64,000 bases of DNA from Takakia lepidozioides (Eukaryota; Plantae; Bryophyta), in contig CM060731.1 of assembly GCA_030704615.1 (NCBI GenBank), positions 33,790,001 through 33,854,000 on the forward strand, given 5' to 3'. This document shows positions 25,209-36,992 of the stretch, one piece after another. The position numbers were made by a program, and so were the translations under genes. The stretch's first letter is position 1; each line of letters begins with the position of its first letter. A model generated the notes under the pieces. It ran no database searches. It was not told where the DNA came from and saw only the letters and a list, made by a program, of their open reading frames with translations.

Positions 25209-28200
25209 GTGGAGGAGGTGCACATTGTGAGTGTCATTACGGAGTTATCCAAGGGTTTTGAGGGGAGTACGGCTACAAGCAGTAACAGTGAGAGTGGGTT
25301 CACAAGACGAGGTATTCGGTTCAGACCACCTTCACCGCCACCCTCAACTACTATAGAGTCAGACACAGACTCGGAGGCTTCATCAACAGGTGTGCACTTT
25401 CATTCGCCATTGTTGTGGGACGACATGGAGGAGATGTATGGAGCTACCAAGGGGCCTCGTAGGTACTCTGGAGCTGTGGGCACAATCGAGTTGGATGACT
25501 TTATCCAGGAGTTCGACAGCTGGTGTGATTTGCAGCAGATGCGCAATCCACAGCTATTCACCCCATTCATGGCGTGGAAGGGACTGTTCCAGCATTTGGA
25601 AGGCCCGCCTATGGACGATTACCACGAGTTCAGGCGAGGACATGAAGCAGAGATTGAGGAGTGGAGGATGTATTGGTCACCTGACTACGTCTCCATTACT
25701 CGAGGCACGACGCGACCAGTAGCTGCATCAGTACCAATAGCTCCCACTACCAGCACTAGTAGTGGAGCAAGTAGTGCTGGTACTTCTGTAGGTGGTACCA
25801 GTTCAAAAGGTGCTACTACTCCTCCTGCCACGACTACAACACATGTGCCTAGATTCAACCCGGTGGTGGAGTTCTTCCAGGAGTTGCGGAGGAACTACCA
25901 AGGTGTACGGACAGAGAAGCTGCGAAGTTTGCAAGACTTCCAGCGCAAACCCAGTGAGAGCCTGCGAGAGGCGTACACTCGTATGAGGCGCTTGATAAGT
26001 GTGACCCAAGGGGTTACTGAAGCTCAGGCAATCCAGTTTTGGTATGGAATTCTGGACAAGGAGCTCAAGAGAAGGGTGCGAGATGCAACCCTGTTACAAG
26101 CAGCCCAACCCACATTAGCAGATGTGTTTCTGCTGGCTGAGCGGATTGAGCTCAACATGGTGGAGGAGCGAGTTGTTACAATTGGATTTGGCAAGGACAT
26201 GCCTACGGGGCACAGCTGTCAGCCCACAGGCACAAGGGACTGCCCAACAGCGTGGTCAGGGGGGCAAGGTTGCCCAGCCCAAGTTCCATGGAGCTTACAG
26301 GGGACCTCAGGTGCAGAGGCCCGTGGCATCTTTTGCAGGCCAACAGCAACCAGGGTGATATGTTGGACATGTGGAGGACCCCATGTCAAAAGAGATTGCC
26401 CAGAGAATGGCAGAAGGCCGGCACAAGCACAGCCTGCACAGTTGCAGTGTGGGCATTGTGGCAAGTATGGGCATGGAGATGCCCAGTGTTATGACTTGCA
26501 TCCTGAGTTGCGCCCAGGCCAGTTCCAAGGGAACAATGGTGGCCGGGGGCGAGGTGGACCAGCCCAAAGAGGACGAGGTGGTCGGGCACGAGGTGCAGGC
26601 CAAGGGCAAGCTCCACATGGCCAAGGACGCGGAGGTCAGGGTGTTGACCAAGGCATGGCCAATCGGCTTCAGCAGCTAGAGCAGAGGCTCGCTGCCATGG
26701 CTATAGCTCAGGCGGTACCGGCTCCCAGGCGGGATGGTCCACCTCCTGCTCCTGAGGGAGGAGATATGGGAGGCATGGGATTCATGTGCGGAGCAGCACT
26801 ACCACTAGAGCAGGTGGAGTCTGCTGCAGCCGTGACTCGAGGAGCAGCACGAGTTCCTGAGCCACGAGGTGCAGAGGTGGAGTTGGATCCACAACGTGGG
26901 GAGGCAAGCCGTCAGGCGAGGCTGCCTCAGTCATTCACCTTGGCGGAGACAGTGTCAACGCCATCCATGGCACCTAGTTCTCGCCCGACTGTTACCGAGG
27001 CGGAGGTTACTATGCCATTGGGGAGAGCTACACGTGCAGCACTGACACCTGCTACCAAGGCTAGTGCAGCCGGTGTGTTATTGGGGGCAGCCACCTCTGT
27101 GTGTCAAGCCCCACTGTTCTCGGCAACCATGATTGCGACGCCGGGGGTGAGACCAGCTGCAGTGTTCAGACTAGCAGCAACTCTCTGTGAGAGTGGGGAG
27201 GTCACTTCATCTTCTGCGGAGTTAGTGGAAGGTATAGTGGCAGAGGGATCCTCGGATTTGAGGGTCAAGACTGCCACGGCTGCGCCATGGCAAGTTGCAG
27301 CTGCCAGGTTGACGGAGCTGCCAGCTAGGCCAGCCATTGAGCGCGCCATGGTGACACCTGGAGTTGTCTTGTTAGACAACCAGGGAGGCATTTTCACTTT
27401 GAGTGGACCGGCAGGCAAGAAGTACCGGCCACTGCGGGTCTTGTTGGACTCAGGAGCTCAGCCACTGATGTTGGGCAGAGCTGCTATTGCAGGTTTGGGC
27501 CTCATGGAGGCGGATATGGAGCCTTGTCCTTTCCAGATACAGACATCTCTGGGAGGATCAGAGCAGGCTCGCGGCATGACACGGCATCAGTTGGCTATTA
27601 GACTGCAGCCGGATCATCCTGTAGATGGCTCAGTGATGCGAGCCAAGGCCATTGTGACAGACGCGGTCTCTTACGATGTCCTCGTTGGTGGGGCAGTGTT
27701 ATACCCCATTGGCTTCACCCTGGATTTCTGGGAGGAGTCAGCATCCTACAGGCCTGGATGGCAGTCAGGGATGGTCGCCGTGCACAGCTCCCTGTGACAT
27801 TCATTGGGGGTATTGCAGCTGCCCAACGGGGCAAGATGCCAACACTAGCCGCCTTCACAGCTGCAGTTAGTTGGCCTGGAGAGTTGCTGGAAGGCAATGC
27901 CCATGCAGAGGATGTGCCACCTCCAGCAGAGCAGGATGACATGCATGGTACGGCGGAGTTGCCTGCCATGGTTGCTCACACTCCGTTGTGGGGTACGAGC
28001 AAGGATTTGCAGCAAGCTGCTGATGGACGGGTGCAACAAGCCTGGGTAGAAGCTTTTGTACCGTCAGGAGAGGAGGAGAGTGCGGTGATTGCACCAGGGC
28101 CACCTCAGTTGTCGCCATTGGACACCACACCTCTTGTGTGGCAGCGGCCGGATGAAGGCATTTGCCTTCTGGACTTGTTTGGCGGGATCAGCACCGGATT

Positions 28201-29407
28201 GGCTGCTGTGCTACAGGCAGGTGTGCGGGTAAGGCGTTACCTGTATGTGGAGAGGGATGAGACTGCACGACGCGTCTCACTGCGCCATGTGGCTCAGTTG
28301 GTACAGCAGTACCCTGACTTGTTGCCTGTGTCTGCAGTTCGTGGATACCAACAAGCCTTGCCAGCAGACATTTCCTTGTTGGGGGCGCAAGATTTGGAGC
28401 AGGTTGGCTCCATTGATCTGATAGTGGCAGGTTGGCCCTGCCAAGGGCATTCATCAGCCGGGCATGGCAATGGATTGCGAGACTCGAGGACGGGTCTGTT
28501 TTGGGAGATGGTGCGGATTTTGCGCTGCTTGCAGCTTCATCAAGCTGTATCTCCAGCATACATCTTGGAGAATGTACCACTGATGGGTGATTCTCGGGCC
28601 AGGGTGATGGCCAGTGTGCATCAAGTCCGGTCGTGGCTTGGGTCAGCAGTATTGCTGGATGCAGCTGCAGTGGGGTCACGGGCTCATCGTCCACGACTAT
28701 GGTGGACTAACTTGATGCCACCCGCACTGCTCAAGCGTGCATTTGATGGGGTGCAACGGCCAGCACACCTCACCGTGGATGGCATTTTGGACACAGGAAG
28801 GCAGTCTCAACGTGTGAGACACGATGACCGTTCGCCTTTGGCAGTGGTCAACAGGGTGGGTCAACCACGAGCAGCATTACCTACACTGCTCAGCTTCCCA
28901 GGATCCCATGCTTTTCGGGATGGTGGACCTGGCCTCCTGTGGGATGCTCAGTTGCAGCAGTTAGTGGAGCCTAATGCCGACGAGCGAGAGCGGGCTATGG
29001 GGTTTTCCACTGGGACCACGGCGGTGCCTTCTCTTTCTGAGGCATCACGTCGTCAGGTGTTGGGGCAAGCAATGGATCTCAATTGCTTGACCTGGATTGT
29101 CAGCTTGGCTATGGCTGAGCAACGTAGAGTGCGGAGTGCACTTCCCTTGACGGTCTCTCTGCCTACCGAGACGGTACAGGCAGCGAGTGGGGGCGAGCCG
29201 GTGAGGACCACGAGGTGTAGACATCCATGGCACACGTGGGAGGTGCTCGAGGTTCAGAGGGAGTTGGCAGCAAAGGCAGCTGTGATGGATGAGGTTGGGG
29301 ATTCTTCTCGGGATGAGGAGGTTCTCAATGATGAGATGATGGGGCAGGATGAGGCCTTGTCATTGACTGAGCAGGAAGGGGGTACTGCTCAAGAGGTTGC
29401 AGCATAG
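25209..29407 (+). CDS. Gag - aspartic protease - DNMT3-like C5 cytosine methyltransferase polyprotein (1-bp frameshift at ~27770)
   Basis: Zinc knuckles CWTCGGPHVKRDC and CGHCGKYGHGDAQC; protease VLLDSGAQ. DNMT motifs: LDLFGGISTG (I), YVE (II), DLIVAGWPCQ (IV), ILENV (VI), AHRPRLWWTN (VIII), ERERAMGF (IX), RRQVLGQAM (X). Copy 2 is in-frame at the 27770 site. The first ATG may be ~25425. Confidence 0.9.
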
Positions 29408-32400
29408 CAACCACGGGACGCGTCCTCTACCTCTAAGCCCACTGGACTTAAGGTTGCAGTTACGGAGGACAATTGGGAGCCTGACATTGGACCCATTGTC
29501 ACCGGAGGAGAGAGACGACGTATACGGCGGTTCCTGAGGGCTTACAGGAATTGCTTTGCCTTCAGTTTGAAGGACTTGGGAGCACTGAAGGGTCAAGAGA
29601 TCCGTATTGAGTTGGCCACTGACACGCCAATCTTTCGGAGACCCTATAGATACAGTGACATGGAGAGGTCTTTGATTCAGATGAGGACTCAAGATCTCTG
29701 GGAGGCAGGTTTGGTGGAGCTCTCTGGTGGAGAGTATGCTTCAACCACAGTGATGCCAGCTAAGAAGGATGTCTATGGCAATTGGACGGAGAGACGTATG
29801 TGCGGTGATTACCGGCCTGTAAATCGTCAGACCAAGTCCGATAGGTATGCCATGCCAACACCAGAGGAGATCTTTGATGCCATTGGGCATTCCAAGGTCT
29901 TTAGCACGTTGGATTTACGATCCGGATATCACCAGTTGCCGATCAAGGAGGCGGATAAGCAAAAGACGGCATTCTGGGGGATCAATGAGCACGGGAAGGA
30001 TTGCCTATACCAGTGGCGGTTCTTACCATTTGGGCTTAAAAACGCTCCCGCTGAGTTTCAAAGAGTCATGGACAGGATTCTAGCAGGGGTGGAGTTTGCT
30101 CGGTGCTACATAGATGACATCATCATCTTTAGTGCTACGGTGGAGGAGCATGAGAGACACCTTCAGGGGTATTTGAGCGCTTGAGGACGCACGGATTGAA
30201 GTTACATCCGGGCAAGTGCAAGTTTTTCCACAACCAGATTGAGTATCTGGGTCACATGATATATCCTGGAGGATTGGGGGTACAGCAGACTAAGGTAGAG
30301 TCCATTGCACAGGTTCCACGCCCCACGGATGTGAGCCGAGTTCGAGCTTTCATGGGGTTAGCAAACTATTACAGACGGTTTGTTAAGGGATTTAGTGCCA
30401 TTGCAAAGGCTCTAACCAAGCTGACCAAGGTGGACCAGGAGTGGCAGTGGGAAGATGAGCAAGAACAAGCTTTTCAAGAGCTCAAGGCGAGGTTGACCTC
30501 GGCGCCCATCTTGAGACGACCTATCAGGGGGCGTCCTTTTCAGCTGCATACAGATTGGAGCATGCTGGGGCTTGGAGCGGTGCTCACACAGGTGGATGAT
30601 GAGGGAAGAGAGTTCGTAGTGGCTTATGCTAGCCGCTCGAACAATGCTGCAGAGTCTAAGTATAGCTCATATGAGGGAGAATGCTTAGCTGCAGTGTGGG
30701 CCGTGGCACACTTCAGGTGCTATCTATACGGCAATCTCTTCACCCTTGTCACGGATCACCAACCACTCAAGTGGTTGATGGAGTCAGACAAGCTTACGGG
30801 GAAGCTTGCACGGTGGGCACTCATCCTTCAAGAGTATGACTTTCAGGTGGTGCATCGACCGGGTTTGGTCAATCGAAATGCAGATGGGTTGAGTCGCAAT
30901 CCATGCACGAGCCAGCAGGATGACACTGGAGCTCGGTGGCATGGTGAGACGGACGAGGAGATGGTGCCCGGATGGCATGCATCTGCATTTCTGTGTATCT
31001 TGGCAGCGGAAGGCCAGGTTGGACCTACAACAGGGATGACTGTAGATCAAGTGTCTGAGGACCCTGAGGCCAGCAATGAGCAGGGTGGCGCCAAAGATAT
31101 ACATGAGGATTCAGTTGTGTTGGACTACCTCCGCAGTGGAGACACGGCAGCCACTATGACTGCCAAGGAGAGGGATCGGATCCTACAACGAGCCAAGAGG
31201 TTCAGGTGGGAGGGGACACACCTGCTCCGAGTGTGGGAGGATGGTCGAGTGAGGATTGTGCCTCACCCAACACAGCGGGCACGGTTAGTGCGGCATGCCC
31301 ATGAGGAGTTGGGGCATTTTGGGGTGCGACGCACTCATAGTCTACTGCAGGGGCAGTATTGGTGGCGTGGTATGCACACAGAGGTGCAACAATTTGTGGC
31401 TAGGTGCATGGTGTGTGACAGGGTGCGTGCTTCATTCAACGCCCCTACTCCACAATTGCACCCTCTTCCGATCATGGGATTGGGCTACAGGTGGAGTCTT
31501 GACTTCGCAGGGCCGTTGCCACTGACCATGCGCCACAACAAGTACGTGTTGGTGATGGTGGAGCACTTCTCCAAGTGGATTGAATTGGTTCCATTGCCTG
31601 ATAAGGCTAGTGAGGGAGCTGCGTATGCATTCCTGGATTGTGTGCTTAGCCGATTCGGTGCTCCAGCTGAGGTACTCACGGACCAAGGGAGAGAGTTCTT
31701 GGGGGAGTTTCAGGCTTTGTGTGACAAGGCCTTGATAGACCACCGCACCACTTCTCGGGATCATCCTGAAGCCGATGGCTTGGCAGAGAGAGTTGTTCAG
31801 ACAGTAAAGAGGGGTTTGCGCAAGTATGGCTTGCAGAAGGGACACCTAGGAGATTGGGACCTTCAGTTACCCTGGTTAGCCATGGGCTACAGGTTCAGCA
31901 AGCAAGCATCACTTGCCTCCTTCTCACCATACTTTCTTCTCTTTGGCCGAGAGCCGGATTTGCCTACATCCATTCGCAGAGAAGCTGCTACAGTTCTTAA
32001 CCTTGACGATCCGGACGTGTGGGCACGTGCATGTGAGCAGCGTGCAGAGTTGTTCAAGAGAGTCATGCCCATGGCTTTCGAGAACCTTGCCATTGCACAA
32101 CACCATGATACGTTGAGGTATGCTACCATACGTGGTGGGGGCTATCGTCCTGGGGTTCGGAGATTCAACCCTGGTGACTATGTCTATCTGCAGCAGACTG
32201 CTCCTACGACCCTGGATGTGACTGCAGGACGTGTTATTTTGAGGGTTCGAGAGGTCTTGCCCTCAGGCGTCTTGGTCTTGGAGGGTCGGGATGGCATAAC
32301 TTGGAAGGACCATGTGCGTAATTGTGCGCCATGTCACCTTCCGAATGTCGATGGCAGGATTGACCCAAACCTGGCAGTGGTATCTGCAGGTTTGAGGTGC

Positions 32401-32541
32401 ATGTTGTGTGGGTCTGCTAAAGGGGCAGCCACCATGCTGGTGTGCGATCGATGCTCTAGAGGTTGGCATATGGGATGCTTGACTCCACCTCTTGAGATGG
32501 TTCCGGATGGGGATTGGTTATGTCCACATTGCATTGGATAG
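29408..32541 (+). CDS. RT - RNase H - integrase - PHD finger (in frame after TAG; 1-bp frameshift at ~30170)
   Basis: LDLRSGYHQ, LPFGLKNAP, YIDD; RNase H LHTDWS; integrase HHCC plus D(SLDFAG)-D(TDQG)-E(AER); C-terminal C4HC3 PHD CMLC...CDRC...H..C...CPHC. Confidence 0.93.
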
Positions 32542-32800
32542 TGGGAGTGGATACAACCATGGAAGGCTAACAAGAAACGCAAGGCCCAGCTACTAGGAGA
32601 CCTTGAACACACGAGGTCCTGGCTCAAGTTCACAGATTGCAAGATGGCGACTAACGATGGGGCTACTCTTGTACCCGGCCTCTTGGTCTATAGAGTTTGA
32701 GTACAATAGGGACAGTGATAGAGGACTTAGTACGGCTGTGGCTATTACATCTTGTAGCTATCTGGAGGTAGAGGGACCTATCCACCAGCTAGGGGGGCGA

Positions 32801-32886
32801 TTGTGGCAGACTACTTTATTGTGCATATATGTGTGGTGTGGTTTGGACAGCGATGTAGTTGTGTAGCGATATGTATGCGCACGACA
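32801..32886 (+). repeat. Terminal repeat B1 (86 bp), directly after the PPT
   Basis: Identical to 33244-33329. Confidence 0.95.
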
Positions 32887-32888
32887 GC

Positions 32889-33243
32889 TGTCAAGTTAAA
32901 TAAGCACAGTATGAAAACAGCTAGAATAAAACTAGTTATTTATATTTAACACTTGGATTTAGGTCAAGTGTTAAATCAGGTGTCAAGTTTAGTTTGACAC
33001 CTGGTCCGTCTTATCTTCACGAGAGCGGCAGTCGCGCGGCTCATCTTTCTCGAGTTGAGCCTGCGCGACCGAGCTCCTGCATGTGTTTAGGTTTGAGTGT
33101 GCTTATGTAGGGTACAGGTTGTTGTGGGGTGGAGTCCCCATAGCTTGGGGTGCCCCTGGCTCGACTTCAGTTTCAATGAGTGATAGCGATGGATTTTATA
33201 TGTCTTGTGTTGGGAGTGTGTGTCCTTTTTAGCTTGTTTATCA
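32889..33243 (+). repeat. Terminal repeat A2
   Basis: Near-identical to 20908-21262. Confidence 0.95.
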
Positions 33244-33329
33244 TTGTGGCAGACTACTTTATTGTGCATATATGTGTGGTGTGGTTTGGACAGCGATGTA
33301 GTTGTGTAGCGATATGTATGCGCACGACA
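33244..33329 (+). repeat. Terminal repeat B2 (element 3' end)
   Basis: Identical to B1, ends GCACGACA, followed by GCAA. Confidence 0.95.
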
Positions 33330-33929
33330 GCAAGCTCCAGCAGGTTCTGATCGTCGCCAAGTCGTACCACGTTGTCGTCCTCTCCTTCTGTCAGCTCAAT
33401 GGGCCGCCCTTCTGCAGATCCAACTCCCACATCTCCAGCGGCCTCCACCGCATCCGTGTTTTTTGAAATTGACTGCAAACCCAATATCTCCGCTTCCAGT
33501 CTCCCTAGGGGTTTTACTGGCAAAGCCATGGGCTCCTTCTGCTTCCTCGGCTTCCGAACTCTAGGTGGGCTTTTCTGAGGCGATATCTATACATGCAACC
33601 ACTATGCACGAGTAGATGTGTAAGCAGCCACGTCTCCCGAAGCGTTGCCACCGTCCACCACTTTCTGCCGTATGGGTGATGAAGAGATTGTGACCCCTGA
33701 CACGTTCGCACGGATGAAGTCGACTGGAACACGACGCGTGCCAGTTCCAGCCACCAGTACAAGACGGTTTATCCGAATTGCGGCACCGAAATACCTTCCG
33801 TTCACCGGATGCTGTTCCCGGAGCAGCCGACATTGAATGAAATATCCGCACATCATGAAACCCAACCGCCATGAAAATCCCCTGCCTATGACATTCAATA
33901 GTCAGGTCGGTACGTTTCATCAGCATACG

Positions 33930-35520
33930 GATGAATTTCGGCGCCGAAATTCATCCTATTCAAGTGCTTTCGTACACAAACTTACAAATTTCGGCGCCGC
34001 AATTCATCGCTTCCCAAGTCCTCATTTGTCATGAGCAAACCTGTCAGTGGGATATCGGAGCCGGAATTAATTCCGGGACAGTGGAAACGGCTGCACTTGG
34101 GCACATTTCATCCATATTTCGGCGCCGAAATTCATTACGAATATCTCCGTCCGCGCGTAGACGAGGTGAAATCATCCATATTTCGGCGCCGAAATTCATC
34201 CAGAGCGAAGACTAAATCGGCACCATGCTATGCTTTGCCGCCATCATTGCCCTTGACGGATGCTGTCCATGCCTGTTGGACTTGCCATTTTTGGACATTT
34301 AACTATAATTTCGGCGCCGAAATTATACTTTATGTGCGGCAACGTCCCGTGCGAAAAAGACCACTTAATGGATACTGTCGGTTTCAAATGAAAAAAACGG
34401 CTAAAATGCAATTAATTTTGACAGAAGGGGTTCAATATGCCGATTTCTCCATTAAATGTAGAATATTCCTGTTATCTTCGTCGGAACAGGGTATTTCCAA
34501 CGATTTACCGAAAATTATATCATCTAGAAGCAAATAGTAAGTGTCGGGTTTGGACGAATTTCGGCGCCGAAATTCATCCATTTCAAAGAAAAATAAATAT
34601 TGGAGGGAGGGCATTGGATGAATTTCGGCGCCGAAATCCGGCGCTCAAACCCTGAAAAGAATTTGGAGGGATGGAGTCGGTTGAATTTCGGCGCCGAAAT
34701 TCATTGCTCGCGAAGAAAAAAATAAAATTCGGGAGGACTTCGGATGAATTTCGGCGCCGAAATTCATTGCTCGCGAAGAAAAATAATAATTTCGGGAGGA
34801 CTTCGGATGAATTTCGGCGCCGAAATTCATTGCTCCCGAAGAAAAAAAATAAAATCGGGAGGACTTCGGATGAATTTCGGCACCGAAATTCATGCTCCCG
34901 AAGAAAAAATAAAATCGGGAGGACTTCGGATGAATTTCGGCGCCGAAATTCAGTGCTCGCGAAGAAAAAAAAAATCGGTAGGACTTCGGATGAATTTCGG
35001 CGCCGAAATTCATTGCTCGCGAAGGAAAAGGAAAATTAGAAGGGAGTACTTGGATGAGATTCGGCGCCGAAGTTCATCTGTCGCAAAGAAAAAAAAAAAA
35101 AAAAAAAAAAGACTTCAGATGAATTTCGGCACTGAAATCCATCCGCAGGGCAGCAGAATTAGGGTCGGAAAAGGAGATGAAGAATGAATTTCGGCGCCGA
35201 AATACATCCATTCTGCCGATTCAGGATTACTGTCATTCGGATGTCAGCACCGATATCCGGACACGTGGTGAATCACGACTGTAATCAGGAACACATTCAT
35301 CCGTATTTTGGCATCCAAATTCAACCCTCATGTGCAGAAACAATTTGATGAAGAAGATGTTCATCCGAATTTCGGCACCAAAATCCATCCGTTGGGTGCT
35401 TGGTCAGTTTCATGAGGTGAACAAATTACTATTTCTGTCGCCGGAATTCATCCCCTGGCTTCCAAAGTTGTTACATGACAGAGATGTTCATCCAGATTTC
35501 GGTGCCGAAATTCATGGGAA
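33930..35520. repeat. Array of the palindrome GAATTTCGGCGCCGAAATTC (about 20 copies, ~60-bp period in the core)
   Basis: Visible directly; most regular at 34550-35200. A related motif, TTCGGCGCCGTTAT, clusters at 19100-19400 and 37660-38120. Confidence 0.92.
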
Positions 35521-35959
35521 GGCCTGATTTATTGTAGCCCAAGTGGTTGTACATTACAATTCAGGCACCAAATATCCGATGTGAACTTGCTGTTGTCGTC
35601 CGTTTTTGTAACGTACGTTACATACCTTCATCTTTACGTGCACCGATCACCCATCCTGTTGGATGCGGAATCCTCCAGAAAATCATTTGTGTTATTAGGT
35701 AGGACACACTCTTCTCACTGCAGGACTTCGCTGCGGAGCGTACCGAGAGGTCCCGTCTTCAACATGGACTCCCGTGTTTGGGTAAACGTGTACTTCCATC
35801 CTGATTCTCTGAAAGCTAAAATACGTTCCACGAAATCTAATTCCCAGTCGTCATCCTCCTCCCACGAGAAGCTCTTCGCCCCGCATACCGGTGGGTGACC
35901 CCGCAGCTTGGCCCACCCATCGGTGGGGGAAACTGAAAAGACGGCGGCCACCAACAAAG

Positions 35960-36309
35960 GCGAACGACACTAGGATGGCCAACGCTCTTGCAATGCCCTG
36001 CATAGTGCAAGGTTGCAGGGATGTTCCTCACCCGGGATGGGGCGCATATTTCAGTTGTCAACAGCCGGGTCTGCTGCGCGCAGTGTCGTGTATACAATCA
36101 CGGTTTCACAGTATCCAGCTTGCAACTGTGAGGACTTCCTTGTTATGGAATCGAAGAATGCAGCATACGTCCCCTGCAAACACCTTTATTACATTTTTCT
36201 GAAGCGCATGAGTTGCATATCCGCAGTGGACGTCTTCATCCATGCTCCAACACTGAGTTTCAACGAGCTGCACAAGGCCCTACGGCAGGACACTGGTCGG
36301 ACTGCTTGA
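35960..36309 (+). pseudogene. SWIM zinc-finger remnant of a MULE transposase-related gene
   Basis: YTITVSQYPACNCEDF...VPCKHLYYIF (CxC...CxH). Confidence 0.75.
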
Positions 36310-36992
36310 CATTCCACATTCGGGAAGGAGAAAATGGCAATTATATTACATTCATCTTCTTGCACCCTATTTTTTTGTGAGGAATTATACACTTGGTGGT
36401 GCCGCATCGCCATGGCTACATGTGAATTTCGGTGCCGCAATACATGAGAATGTGGTTTTTGGCCATGAATGGCATGCGCATGTTTTTTTTATTTTGGTTG
36501 TCTACAAATGGATCCGAGTAAAGCATACATTGTGTGGAGATTAACGGGCATTGAGGCCTATTTCAGCGCCGTTTATGGTCTATGTACTGCATAGTGCTTC
36601 CTTGTTACTTCTCTTCATTCAATTTGTAGTGATTTCGCAGCCCATCCTGGCGTTTTCGTCCACCTTTATGAGAAGACTCCAATTTGCTACAAATACATTG
36701 TTACTGTTCTGCAAATGTGATGCATTTACAAGATTGCTAGTTCTGTGTCCCAGTGGGAAGGGTCCTACTGCACATTCCAGCATTTGCATACTGCACCTTG
36801 TGCAAACAGCAATCCATACGACAAATGACACGTCCCAGCATACTGGCAGTGAATTGCAAAAAACCTTAACAGAAGATTATCCAAGCATGTATATTCCCCA
36901 TATGGCACAGGGAAGTTGCTTGATTTCTGAATGAAAATGTATGTGTCATGAGTGTCGGCGAGTCGAAACATGTCTACTCTAGCATGCAAGAC

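Larger units (their letters stand above)
20908..33329 (+). mobile_element. Full-length Ty3/gypsy retrotransposon with C5-DNA methyltransferase and PHD finger (copy 1), split termini A...B-A-B
   Basis: Ends TGTC...GACA, flanked by GCAA at 20904-20907 and 33330-33333. Domain order is gag-PR-DNMT-RT-RH-IN-PHD. PPT AGGGGGGCGA at 32791-32800. Confidence 0.92.

Noticed and set aside
20908-33329. Classification as a DIRS/Ngaro element because of split repeats and a methyltransferase
   Set aside because: It has a protease, a DDE integrase, a PPT and an apparent TSD; no tyrosine recombinase is recognisable; the MTase is C5, not Dam-like
32801-33329. B-A-B as an independent TRIM-like mini-element
   Set aside because: No TSD flanks B1-B2, B1 directly follows the PPT of the large element, and the GCAA duplication brackets A1 to B2
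34645-35187. ORFs with MNFGAEIH repeats, and MRCRIS/GNAAPHF ORFs at 49738-51441
   Set aside because: Translation artefacts of the palindromic arrays, open on both strands
33930-35520. CRISPR-like appearance (palindromic repeat plus spacer), also at 49830-51400
   Set aside because: The spacers are themselves repetitive, the context is a eukaryotic MULE, and no cas genes are present
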